This document shows, piece after piece, positions 1 through 13,060 of a stretch of DNA of 64,000 nucleotides; the stretch's first letter is position 1, and the number at the start of each line of letters is the position of its first letter. The position numbers were made by a program, and so were the translations under genes. The notes under the pieces are model-generated. The model saw only the letters and a program-made list of their open reading frames with translations, had not been told where the DNA came from and ran no database searches. Origin of the DNA: Epiperipatus broadwayi (lineage: Eukaryota; Animalia; Onychophora). Location: NCBI GenBank assembly GCA_028023455.1, contig JAQFVV010000007.1, positions 682,001 through 746,000 on the forward strand, written 5' to 3'.

Positions 1-1340
1 CTAAAATTATTATTAATTCTTTTTATTAATTATTAGTTTTTTTTATTAAAGTATTATAAATGCGGCTCAAATATATATATATATATAGGAGCAAAACTTA
101 CTAACAAAATATTGATGTTTTTAAATATTTATTATATGTCATTTTAGCTTTTTCTTTTCAATTGCTTGTTTTTCTATTAAACTATATATTTATTATAAAA
201 TCCAATATGGAAGATGTGACTGTTGTTAATTGTCCAAAAATAATTAAAGGGAGGTATTTTTTAATTAAAGTTTTACTTCAAATAAATGGGATTAAGTAGA
301 TTAAAGATTTTCTTTTGTTGAAAACATGTTCTCAAATCTATTTTTAATCTGGAAATAGATTTGAATTTATTTTGGACGTTATCTAACAATTTTATCTTTC
401 AAAAACAACTGATGAAAGAAAAAGTGTAAAATGACGGAATTTTGGAAAACAGAGGAGATTAACTACTATTGAAAGGAGATTAGCTACTCTAGTGAAAACA
501 TATTACACATCGCTTGAAACTTAAATAATGTAGCAGTAAATCCATCACTTCTTGGCCTGTTTGGGTCATCATCTTTTGCAGCCATACCATCCTGCTGCCC
601 AAGAGTGCAAAGCCTGACCTAAGAACTTCAGTGTGCTAATAGAAGCTTGCTGCCACAGGAAAACTTGCAATATTTTAAAATGAACTCTTAAAACTGCAAG
701 GTAATTTTTCAAGCTGTCACCTCAAACTAAATCTAGCCTAAATATATTCTTTAACTTTGCCTTTTTATATAAATATATCTGTGAATGTAATTTTGCTCTC
801 AAATGATTTCTTTATATCTAATCCTATCTCACATGCTTTTAACCTTCCTTAACCTTAGTGTGGTCAATTATTTATAGTTATTTATTACTTGATTTATATA
901 TATGCTTTTTTATTAATTTGCTAATCTCAAACAAACTGGTGAGCTTAATTTATAAAAATCTTTTTTTGTCATTTTTTAAATAAACCTTCACGAAGCAAGT
1001 TATAAACATCCATTTAAAACAATGCATTATTAATTAATATACTCTCCAGATTGTTTTTTGAGCCAACATTCTATTTATGTTTTAATATAATATATATATA
1101 TATATTTGTTTAACTCTGGATTTTCTACCGGTGTAAATCCAGAACTTAAGCTAATTAACGCTTTGAAATCTTTTAAAATGTTTTGTTTTTATTCAATTCT
1201 GAAAGAGTGACCCATTAATTATTTTCTATAACTGCCAGTCTTCTTATATTTTCCATACTCTTAAAATTTCAAATCTTGTATTTAAATATTTTAGTTATTG
1301 AGATTGATTTATTTTAACTAGCAGAAAAAGGGATGGGGGA

Positions 1341-1464
1341 AAATCTTAATGTTTCTTTTACTAAATCAAATCTTAACGTATATTTTATTAATTTGAAATC
1401 TAAATCTTAATGTTTCTTTTGCTAAATAAAATCTTCAAGTATATTTTAGTAAATGAAATGTAAA
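1341..1464. repeat. Two-copy ~61-bp tandem repeat
   Basis: aaatcttaatgtttcttt(t)actaaatcaaatctt... starts at 1341 and recurs at 1402. Confidence 0.75.
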
Positions 1465-1674
1465 TCTCTCTATATACATTATAATTGCATGGCATATTAT
1501 AGTATTCAAACAAGAGTCATTTATTTTTAAAGCAGTAAAAATTTTCAAGGTTGTTAGAGACATGTATCATTACTGCATTTCTGACATTTAGCTGATCTTC
1601 GTGTTCTATATATATGTGCTTCTTAATCTGGGAGTTCTGACAAGTTCGAACCCATAGATTTCTTCTCAAGTCTA

Positions 1675-1857
1675 CATATAAAAATGCCTCTGATGGTGAC
1701 CTTTAAGTCTGGCACATGCTATGCATATTCTTTCTTCATATAAAAGGGCCACTGGTGGTGACCCATAAGTCTGGCATATGCTATGCCCATCCATTTCTTC
1801 GTATAAAAAGGCCTCTGGGGGTGACCCCTAAGTTTGGCACATGCTATGCCCATCTGG
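1675..1857. repeat. Three-copy 62-63-bp minisatellite
   Basis: Unit tataaaa-ggcc(t/a)ctg-ggtgacc-taagtctggcacatgctatgc; gtgac falls at 1696, 1758 and 1821. Confidence 0.85.
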
Positions 1858-2724
1858 TTTCATTTTTCATCCAGAAGCACAACCTTTTCCTCTTAGTTAT
1901 TTTTAGGCTATTATGTTAGCACTGCAAACTTCTTCATATTATTATTATTATTTCTTTTGCTTCATGGCCCAGTTTTAATGCTCTAATATTAAAATTAAGC
2001 TTTGCTTAAAATATATATAAATGCCACCTACTTCTATTTTATTAATTAACTTTATTTCAATCATATACAGTCCCACCATTGTAATTTATATATCTATTTA
2101 AGAGTATCTATGTGCTAAGGAAAAATAAAGTGTTCATCTTACTATTGTTAAATGATTTTCATTAAATATTTTGTCATAGTTTAAAATATAATCTTTTAAC
2201 TGTCTTTTGTTTATTTTCACAACCTCAACGGCATGGAAATAATTTATATCATATATATAATGAATTTCAGAATGCTCCTAGTAATATATATGTTAGTCAC
2301 CATGTTTCAGAACCGTAAATCAAAGCGTTAATGGCAGTATTATGTAATTCTTTCTAATATTCAATTGGCATTTTAATATTGGACCCACCAAAGATGCGTG
2401 TTTCTTTGTAATATGTTATTTAGCTAATAAAGAGCATATGAGAAATAATAGCATGAATGACACTATGTAATTATCTACCGCTTGCTCATTCACGCACATA
2501 CTAATGTACTTAATTTATAAATGTATAATAATTTGTCAGTATATTAAATTATATTTTATTGTCTAACTTATTTGAGTAGTTCAAATTCCTTTTCCTCCAC
2601 TTCCACCACATATTAGAGCCATGCTTATGTATTTTAATATAGTCATAGTTAATAGATGTCTCATTCTTTTGCTCAGCTTTGCTAGTCGGCCAGATTAAGA
2701 TTAATTCTCATGTGCCATCACTAT

Positions 2725-2790
2725 TATGTTGTTCATTAGGTGTTAGATGTGGGACTTAGAGAGTGGGTTCGAATTCAGGCTGGTCCCTGA
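2725..2790 (+). mobile_element. Possible decayed tRNA-derived SINE head
   Basis: B-box-like GGTTCGAATTC at ~2766 preceded by tRNA-like taggtgttagatgtgggacttag; no complete cloverleaf. Confidence 0.3.
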
Positions 2791-2874
2791 CCTAAATCTT
2801 GGGCTTGACTGGGTTTGAAGTACATTTTGTGAGTTCCAGCTCATTTTAGATGGATAAACATGTTTTGACCAGTA

Positions 2875-3330
2875 CAATATATATATACATGTGTGAATTT
2901 TATGTACATTAGGAATTAATTGTGTATTGGAAATACACAATATGTTTTATTTTTTATAAATGTCAGTGGATATAAACATTTCCATGCATGCACAGATATA
3001 TGTTAAATCAGCATTAATTATTGTATTATAAAAATGAATTTTATTTATAAGTTTATGACAATTCAAATATGTTTTTTATATTATACAGGCACATCTCTAT
3101 ATGCCGATATATAGGTGTTTTATGTAAGCTATTGGGACATATATGTAAATTACCATGTAATAGTGGATTTCTTTTTTAGTATTAATCAAAATCAGAAGAC
3201 TTAATTTCCATGACATAACATATTCTATAGACCTTAATTTAATTTTATTGTTATTAATAAATTTATAATTAAGTTGTTCCAGTGAATTCAATTATTCATA
3301 GATTATATTTAAAGGCAATGCATGTCCAGA
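2875..3330 (+). repeat. Partial copy of the dispersed repeat that forms the 3.9-6.0 kb foldback
   Basis: Direct similarity to 3890-4500, and inverted similarity to 5740-6040 (e.g. gtaatagtggatttcttttt(t)agtattaatcaaaatc). Confidence 0.7.
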
Positions 3331-3889
3331 TGCTATTACTAGTTCACAACAAGAGAGTATGGATTCACATGGAAGCAAAATCCAGCTTTCAAGTGGTTCA
3401 TATCCCATATATATGTCAGCATTAGATGGCATACAGTCTGAAGGTATATCAGTACAAGCCAACAGTTATCAGGTTATATCTTTCCAAAAGCTGACCAAGA
3501 TAGTACATCAGCTTGCTGAAGAATTAGTTTATATGTATACTGTTTTATCTATATGCAGAGATGCACCGATAAAGTTACTGTACCATATATATAAAGTACA
3601 GTCTGGTGAGTTATTTCAAATTATTTCTTCAGTGAAAATGAGTTGTAATTATTCAATTACAATTTTTTTAAAAAGTAAATAACTTCATTCAACAAAGTAA
3701 TATGTGTTTCTAGTATATGTAATTAAAAAAGGAAAACTCCAAAAATATTTTAACAAAACAACTTTCTGGAATATTTTCAAAAACATTTAGAACTTTCTGA
3801 AATAAATCTCATGATGATGTTCTTTTTTTAAAAAAAAATTACCATTAAAAATAATGAATAAATTAATAACTCTCATTCATAATATTTTA

Positions 3890-6040
3890 TATATATACAC
3901 ACATACATGCAAATTTTATGTATATCTTCAACATGAAATTTAATGTGAAAAATATAACATTTTTAATAAGTTTGTAATTTTGACAGAGTAAAATACCATA
4001 TGATATAAATGTCAGTGTGCACACATACTTCCATAGGATATGTATGTATATATATGTAAAAACAATCATTATTTATATATCATTAAAATGTGATAGCTTA
4101 ATTTTTATCATTATATGATAATACCCATATGTTACAACACATCCATGTGCTTATATACATGAGTTTCATGTAATCACATGTATGTTAAAATCTTTCACAT
4201 TTTATGAATTATTGAAATAAATTATTGAACTTTATTATTAGTTTATCACAATTTACATATGTTTATTTTTATATAGGCATGTCTGTGTTCTCATGGAGTT
4301 TTATGTAACTCTATCAGAGTTATTTGTAAATCACAATGTGATAGCTTATGGTATTAATTAAAATCAGAATGCCAAATTTAGATTTATGGCATAGTCAGCA
4401 GCTATTAATTTTATTTTAATTTAATTGTTAGTAATAAATTGATATTTCATTGTTAAAGTTATTCCAGTAAATTTACTCAATCCTAAATAGTTTTAGAACA
4501 TTATGTTTACATCGTGCCCCTTGATTACAGATTTGGGCTTAAGAGTCCTATTTAAAAAAGATTTATATTTGATGTTTATGGAGGCCCAAATGATGATAAT
4601 ACTGGATGCTGCAATGGGGGATATCTTTAAAAGCTGGTGCACTATATTTTGTTTAATTATTTATTTAAAAATTAAGTTTATAGCTTGCCAGTATATTAAT
4701 GTTACTATGTGGCTAGAGCATTGATGATGATCAGCATGTTTTAATATCTCAGCATTAATTTTTAATTGTTATATTCTTATGAATTAGCACTCAAGTATGT
4801 ACATTCAGATCATTATTGTTTGTATTTCTGTCCTAGGTCTTGCAGTGGCTAAATAATTAGCTTACTCTATAGTAGATCACTTTCAAATCCGGTCACAAAC
4901 TTTTTACTGATCATTCATGATGATGAATGATTATTATTTTTGTATTATACTGGTGGTCTTGTAACTACTTATACCATGCTCTCAAATTCATTATCAATTT
5001 TTTATTTTCAATTTTTTATTTTGACTTGAGGTTAATGATTATGATTTTTCATCACCCCAGAGATTTTATATTGTTACAAATTGTGCCTTTTTAATGGTAC
5101 AAAGTCACAGGGGGTTAACTTAGGGTGATGAAAAATCATCATCATCATAAGTTATTGGACAATTGAAAATTTAATATACAAATAATGAATATCATGAAAA
5201 ATGACCCTGAGAGATAGCACAATACTAACTAAGTAACTATAAGTTCACCAGCATTAAACAAAATCAATAATAATTCATCATCATGAATATTCAACAATAA
5301 AAATAAATCAACAGTCAATCTTGTGACTGAATTTGAAATAGATCTGGTATAGATCAGGCTAATTAGTTAGCCCTTGTCCTGTTACAGCAGATTATTTAAA
5401 GAATAATTTGGATGCACAAACTAAAGTGCTAATTCATCAGAATATATGTAATAGTAAAAACAATAATCCTGTAATACTAAAACATCCTGATTATCATCAG
5501 TGCCCTCTGGCATATAGTACAATGCATGTACTGGCCAACTATAAACTTAATTTTTAAATAAATAATTAAAGTGAAATGTAGTGCATTGACATTAAAGAAT
5601 ATTCCCTTTGGGTCATCCACAATCATCATTATCTGGATGTCCATAACACTAAACATAACCCCTTTAATATAAGATTGTTATGCATGAATCCAGCAAAAGC
5701 TCTATAATTGTTACTGCGATCAAGAGATAAAATACAAACATATAATATTTTAAATCAATTCTATGATTAATTACATTCACTGGAATAACTTAAATATAAA
5801 TTTATTATTAACATTAAAATTAAATTAATGTCTATAGAATATGGCTATATATATAAATTAAGCCTTCAGATTTTGATTAATACTAAAAGAAATCCACTAT
5901 TACACTGTAATTTACATTTATATCCAATAGGTTTACATACAAACAGATATATCAGCACACAGATATGCATGCATAATATAAAATGAAAATATTTGAATTG
6001 TAATATTTTTTTAATAAAATTCATTTTTACGATACATAAA
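3890..6040. repeat. Old ~2 kb foldback: two diverged inverted arms around a ~65-nt spacer (5058-5122)
   Basis: atgatttttcatcaccc (5041-5057) versus gggtgatgaaaaatcat (5123-); ttatttatttaaaaattaagtttatag is present in both orientations; another copy of the same family lies at ~27040-27480. Confidence 0.75.
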
Positions 6041-6139
6041 AACTTATTTTAAATACCAGGTAGAATTGAATTTAAAAAGCCAGACTGTGACAAAAAAGAA
6101 GAAATAGCTGCTTGGTATCATATAACAAAATATCCAACA

Positions 6140-6460
6140 TTATAATTATTCAGTTGTATTATTTTAACTCTATATGCTTTCTTACCTTATGAAATAGTCA
6201 AGGATTGGTTTTTATTACTATTTCAATTCAATAGTGGCTGGTATTTATATTCAAATTGCAAGATTGAATTTTCTGCTTAATTTTATGCAGATTATTCAGC
6301 TGATGAGAAGTTTTATCTCGATTCAAATAAGCTCATTGCTTTTTTTTTCTATTTCATATTTGCGTGAGAATGTTCTAGCTAAGTTAGTTTTAGTTAACTT
6401 TTAATATTAATTTTGTGATTTTGACTTAGGTCCATTGTTTATGTCATTAATAATGATCAT
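6140..6460 (-). mobile_element. Decayed retroelement-like dispersed repeat, paralogous to 18575-18880
   Basis: Colinear similarity: ttttaactctatatgcttt...gtggctggtatttatatt.aaattgcaag...ggtccattgttta. Confidence 0.6.
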
Positions 6461-8609
6461 TATATATTGGAGCCTTTGGGTTTGCCCAAAGCTCCATTAG
6501 ATTTTAGACTTAATTATGCTTGGCAGTGTTTGATAAAAATTTCCTCATGAGCTATATATTTTTTTAACAGACAAGCTTTCTAGCCAATGCTAAGTTTGAA
6601 TTAAAGTCATATTATTATGGATTGCATAATTTTACTTAATAAGCAAACTAAACATTTAATCATAAAAATTTATAAGTGAATATTATTTTATTTAGTATCG
6701 ATTCATAATGTAATTTAAAAGCCAAAGACATAATTGAGAAGTTTATGGGTTACTAATGTTTATAAAGTATTTTAATACTTTCGAGATTGGAAAGGAAAGG
6801 AGGGGAATGTAAAATTATGAAACTACTTTGGGGGAATGAAAATAGACAATCGTAATTTTACAATAAGAAATTAAAATACAATAAAGTATTGAGCAATCAG
6901 TTTAACTAGAATCGTATGTGTGTACCGATGCGTGTATGTGTAGATTTAATTATGAGTTTTAATTATAGGGTTAATCATTGACTAGTAATTATCATGTGTT
7001 ATCTCATTGAAAAGCTCCTTTAGAGAAGAATTAATTTGTTTTGATAATTCATTCATAGCGGCCAATTTTCATTCAAGATTCTGGGTTTGAAGTTAAATTG
7101 CTATGCATTTTTTTTATTAAAAAAAGTTTTTCTTTCATTTTATTCTTTCATGGGAATTTCCATGAGTGGAAAAATACTAGAGAAAACCACATGATATTTG
7201 TGAAGTGGGAATGTATAATTTTAGAAAAAACAATAGGTAATAAACCAATTAAAATATAGACATAAATGGTTTGGCAAGTCAATCATTCACTGAGGGTAAG
7301 TAAGGAATCCAGAGAGTATAAAAGGTTAATCCATCCTTTAGGGTGGCTTTTCATCATCAGTTATCTAAAGAAACCTCATCGGGTTCAATAAGCAATTTTT
7401 CAATACAAAAAATTGTAAGTTTGATATTAATTTTGCCATTCTGTTTCCTGAATGAGAAACTTCATCAAATTTTAGAATATTGTTACAAAATGAGTTGTGA
7501 GTAAATGTCTATATTAGGCACATCCTTTCTTCTCTAAAAGTTGCCCAACTTCATGATTTTTTTTCAACCAAATGTATCCAATTTATCAGTGATCGGCAAG
7601 TAATGAAGCTTAAACTGCAGAAGGAATTTTGCTCAGGAAAAATTAATGAAACAGTGTGTTCTATGAATAATTATTGTAAACTTAAATTTATTAAATTCAA
7701 AAGAGTTAGCTATTTGTATTATCCAAAATTTCGAGAGAAAATAATTCTGATTTTTTAAAATAAGATGGAACTGAACTCTAAAATCCAATATAAAGTATAA
7801 AGTCATCATAAAGGGAATGAGAAACACATTGGTAAATGGATTTCCTACAGTGAAGCTAAATTAATTCATTATTCATATCCAAACTTAAAAGTTGGTTATC
7901 TTCAACTATGAAAATGCAATTAATGCCAAGAACCCAAAATGGATTAAGGATTATAACTAAAAATGAAAATTTATTACATTCCATTATGAGGATTGATCCT
8001 ATATAAAAGTGATTTCTTCAATAAAAGACTTGGAAGAATAATTTGCAACTAAAAGAGTCATGGATTTTGTCCTAAAACTCGGAACAGAAATGATAAGTCT
8101 CAAGGAGTGCTTCAATGAAATAGACCAGAATTTCTCAAGGAATTATCTAATGTGATATGTGTGCACATGGAACAAAATCAAATAAAATAACACAAACCAA
8201 AAATTTAAAGTAAGAATCTGCAGTGAAATGGGGAGATCGAAAGGACGATCCAGGAGGATTGTATTAGTATAATTTTAGAACGTGTTATTAGTTTCTAATA
8301 TTTAATCTAAAAAAAATTAATCATATATATCAGTTTAAAGTTAATCTAAGTTAAGATTTTTTTTTGAGTAGATAAGTTAATAATAAATAATTTTGTATGT
8401 ACCTTATTCCCAATAGTAATTTGTTGCTTTACTTTTTTTTTTTATGGAGCGAGAGATATTGTTAAATGAAATATTTTTAATCGGATCAGGTATTATTATC
8501 AAATACTTAAGCTTATTGATATGTTTTATAAAGATTGTGTGAATGTTGTGATAAAATATCATCATTATGTGATAAAAGTATAGAAAGATGGTTTAAAAGT
8601 TAATATGCA

Positions 8610-8721
<112 letters not shown>

Positions 8722-9899
8722 AAAGTTAAAGTGAGTTAGATATAAGCTAATTAAGGCTTGAAGAAATTGTTAGCTAATGTTTTAGTATACTATTTCACGA
8801 ATGGAGTATATATGTGAAATTTTTCCTTATACAAATTGATGCTAGACTCTTGTACACGTGGATAAACAAAGAATCCCCACCAAGCTAGTGTAGTCGTAGT
8901 TTAGCTCGCTCACTAAGATGTTTATTCCATTTTTATAAGTATTTAAATGCAGTGTAGGAGTTCCCCACTTGGTTATTTTCTACATCGTAAGATGATTTCT
9001 TTATTGATGGCCAGAGAGCGTTAGGTATACCTGTGTCTTCCTGTATGACTAGGGATAAATCCTAGCATACCACAACCTTAAGTGAAAAGGTATTTTCTCT
9101 TATTCGGGTCACTGCCTACCCTCATATTAATGATGATATTTTTATGGGTATATGAATTTCAGATACAGTAAAGTATTAGTTTTAAATGTTTGTTACAGGG
9201 TCGTAAAATTGATTTAAAGTCAGGATGAGTGGGATAGTATATGTGCGATTATTATACTGAAACATGGCTGTATTTAAATGTTTTATTGAATTAATAAGAG
9301 CCAAGAATAATAATGAAGTTAAACATTAAACTTAAGAATTAAATAAGACCTGAGAATATAGTAAGCAGCGCATATATAAAATTATATAGAAAGTATATTC
9401 ACAGCCAGCTGAAACCTTCACTGGAATGGTAACATCACTGAATAAATATTGTTATTATTATCACAAGAAGATTGATATAGATTGTATGCATGTATGATGA
9501 TGGTTAAGCTAAGTACCGATTTCTTAACACTTGAAAAGTAACTTGATTGTGAGAAGGCAAGCAATACTTAAAATATCTCCATTGTAAAGCATAAGGTGAA
9601 GACATATTAGGTTAAAATAATTAATGGAAAATTATTAAATTTTATTATCGGAAGAATTATCTTTAGAATTAATAAGGGTAATTAGAAAATAAATCAGTAG
9701 TTGAAAGCATTAAAAATTGGGGAAGAAATTTAATATTCACTATATCTTAATTAAAAAAAATGAAGGTAAATATTATCGTTATATATCTGTTTTATTATTA
9801 TTCTATGGCAATTGTGATTCCCCAGTGAGTAAGAATTAAATAAGATTGTATTCTATAACATCGCAAAATTAGCAGTTTATTTAGGGATTATTTTTTATT

Positions 9900-11090
9900 A
9901 TACGGTTGAAGAACAGGGGAAAGCCATGGGAATTATGTAAATATTATTTTATTGATTTATATTTGATAATAAAAATTGTTGTTTTTAGAATAAAATTTTG
10001 TGTAAGTCTCAATGTCTTGTGGTTTACTACAATCTAGAAATTTCAAATCCAATCATGCGTCAATACACTGTTATTTATATTTGGAGCATTATTTTATTAA
10101 ATCACACTAAGTAAAATTTATTTAAATCATTAATTTTCTAAGCTTATGTAGCACTGCAAGATTTAAATTACCAATATTTCGGAAATCATTTAGTATATTT
10201 AAAGTATAGATTATGAATTGCGGGATGGTTATTGTGTGATAGTGGATGCAGTGGCTGGGCATAAAATCCTTTTCCCATCCGCTGTATTCAAACACCTTCC
10301 TAGATAAACTTCTTAAGAATATTTCTTTATTTATTAAAGTGTTTATAATATGTTATTTCCTTAATTTAATGTAAGCTTAATTATTAGAGTTTTGGTGTAA
10401 GTGGACAATGGCTAAGTTAAAGTCAGCCAAGGTCAACGATGGGGTTAATCATAGGGAAGAGTGTTTATCACCAATAATCCATAGCAGCTTGTTCGACTTC
10501 CAGACCTTATTGTTCTAAAACCGTGAGAAGAAATTATCATAGGAGATAAATGAGTTAGTACGATGAAAAATTGAGAGTAAAAGAGATAAAAGGACTTATG
10601 AATGTGAGGATGATGGAGGGATGGATCAGGAAGATGGAGATGGGCATGGAACTATTTATAATCTGAACCAAAATTTTAATTGTGATTTTAATAGTAGTGG
10701 ATGGGGAGTGTGCTGAGAGTATAAATTGTAATGGGAGTTGAGCTTAAAGTTTCTTCCCTTTAATAAATACGAATTTCCAAGAGTATTATTATTATTATTA
10801 TTATTTTAATGCGCTCTCAGTGTTTTCTCCGTTTATTGATTATTTATTAACCCCTTCATTAGATATTATTAAAAATTATTAAATAAATTATTGAAATAAG
10901 GTTTAGCCTAAATATTTTCATTGAAATTGCAATTTAGCGCTCTGGCAAATATTCTTATTAATATTCTATCCCAAGAGGTGGTGTTGGCGGTAGTGTAAAC
11001 AACGTCATATTTTTAAAGGTTAAAAGTGGCACTTGAGAGAAGATGGGTTGTTGGTGATGGTAATTGTCGTCGGCTTTACTAAATAAAGGT
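9900..11090 (-). mobile_element. Heavily decayed non-LTR retrotransposon fragments (RT and APE-like)
   Basis: Minus-strand translation with stops gives KADD...NINKNIC...KYLG (10800-11090) and an APE C-terminal-like DY...LSHCPL (~10400-10500). Confidence 0.35.
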
Positions 11091-11151
11091 TACAATGTAG
11101 ATATGTTAATAACAATAAAATATTTTATTTATTTATTTCCTTTAACATAAA

Positions 11152-12728
11152 CTGTTTTTGTTTTTTTTTTAAAAAAAAACTATATTTACATTTGATTCAG
11201 TACATACATCGTAACAATCATTACTTTAAAAAATAAATTAAGTTCAAATGTATCCAGTAAATTACATTATCTCCACCTTTCATTTAATCAGTGTTCCGTA
11301 AGTGCATTCAGCTCCACATTTCACACCTTGTAGGAACATAACCACCCCATACCAATAAAAACGTTTTTCTTGGCCAAAATTTCAAACCTTTATAAAACAT
11401 GTCATCCCATTCTTTTTCCATTTTTTTTTCCAATATATCTTCTTGTTATCAAAGATCAGAGCACACCTAGATATCCATATTGCTCTCATTACATGCACAA
11501 TAACTATGGCATTATGAGGCTTGAATAAAACAATGTTTTCTTTAAATAAGAGTCTTAGATTCACAATAGGCTTATGAAAGACCATAGATCTCAAATCACT
11601 AAAGGCTGTACATTCCTCCATCAGGTGAAGAAAGGTCTCGTCGGATCTGTTACAGCATTTGCATAGAACATCCAGGCCCATTTTCAGCCTTTGGTTTAAA
11701 AAAGTGGTGGTTGGCAAAATTCCATTTATCAATCTGAAAATAAATTTCATAACAGACTGTGATGTACAAATAGATTGGAAATTTTTTAGAATTTTTTTTA
11801 ATGAGGCATTGAGCCAGGAGTTTTCATTAGAAAGCTCTCTATTTTTTAGCTCTTTATATTTTAAATTATCTAAGGTCTCTAAGTTTAGATCATCCTGGAT
11901 ATCCCTGTATGCAGTCATCATATCATCAAAATAAGATACTCCGTCTGACCCCAGGTTAGAATCTATATTAATATTCTGTGTTAGTGGCCTGAGTGAATTA
12001 TTGTCAATGATCCTTAAATAAGCTCTTGCCTTAATGAAGCTCACCAATGACTTAGGGTCAATTAAATTGAGACCCCCTTCTCCAATCAGTAGCTGCATTA
12101 TTTTAGTAGGTATCAGGCTATACTTCTTACCTCAAATATATCTTTTTGCCAGTTGAATGATCTCAAGACTAGTGGCATTAAAGATTTTCATCCATGGTCC
12201 ATAGTAAGAGAGCACACCAACAGCAATAGCGTTAAAAACCTTTGCTCTGGTTGTTTCATACAATTTAAATGGGGAAAAGGCATTTATTTTAGTTTCGATG
12301 ATTTTTACAACCAGTTTGTTCAAATGGGCACTCATTTTAGTTTTAGACAGATAGAGAGGCAACCCTAGAAAGGAGGAAGGCGTGCCCAAGAAGTCACATG
12401 GGATTCTCTTGGCAGTGGCCAATTGCCATGCAGCCGACTTGGAAGACTGAATACATGAGCCTGTAGAGATCTGAAATTTATTTAAGATGTTAAAGATTCT
12501 ATGCACACTGGCCACATTCTCGAATATAATAATAACATCATCGACAAAGGCAGTGACATGAACAAAGGCACCAAGCTGCGGTAAGAAAATCCCATTGGTT
12601 GAGGCTTCTATTTCCCTAATCATCGGATCCAGATAAACGGCAAAGAGGAGGGCTGCCAGAGGAGACCCTGTGGGATCCCCCTTGACAGAACAAAGAAATT
12701 AGAACGCCTTGCAAAGTTTTTAAGCGCT
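11152..12728 (-). mobile_element. 5'-truncated L1/Tx1-like non-LTR retrotransposon with poly(A) tail (element E)
   Basis: RT motifs GIPQG.PLAALLFAVYLDP and FVDD; C-terminal CKCCNRSDETFLHLMEEC zinc finger; T-run at 11152-11170 is the poly(A) tail on the - strand. Confidence 0.9.
11382..12700 (-). pseudogene. ORF2 fragment (RT domains 4-7 plus C-terminal zinc finger), frameshifted
   Basis: ORFs 12132..12623 and 11382..12098, with GIPQG upstream in another frame. Confidence 0.85.
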
Positions 12729-13060
12729 ATTGTTATTTCTTGCCTGTATTTATTCTATCCAATTATATTTCTCTCATACTGTTGTAATCTGTCAGATTTA
12801 CCTCACAATTTGCAAGATAATTTTAATATAGGTTAATTCTTATGTATGCCTTTTAAAATTTAATTCAAATACATATTTATTGTATGATTAAGTTGGGGTT
12901 TAAAGGGGTATAACACTTAATAGTTTATCAATTATAATGCTTCATTTTTATTAGTATAATGTTTATTAAAGAATGATAATATATTGGGTCTCAGGTTTAA
13001 ATTAGATCAAAAGATGTATAAATGATATTTGTAGGTATGTAAGGACCATACTTTATATTA
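12729..13060 (-). repeat. Old repeat interrupted by element E; uninterrupted paralog at 18880-19263
   Basis: tatttattctatcc.attatatttct...atgattaagttggggtttaaa.gggtataacacttaat...ttattaaagaatgataatata is shared. Confidence 0.8.

Noticed and set aside
208-251. Possible first coding exon MEDVTVVNCPKIIKG with a gtattt donor
   Set aside because: Too short and AT-rich to distinguish from chance; no homology recognised.
395-525. Tc1-like helix-turn-helix remnant (GKQRRLTTIERRLATLV)
   Set aside because: Short, flanked by stops, with no TIRs or DDE region nearby; too weak to call.
6296-6330. CTGATGAG hammerhead-like core
   Set aside because: No GAAA after a stem II and no flanking stems; it lies within a decayed repeat.
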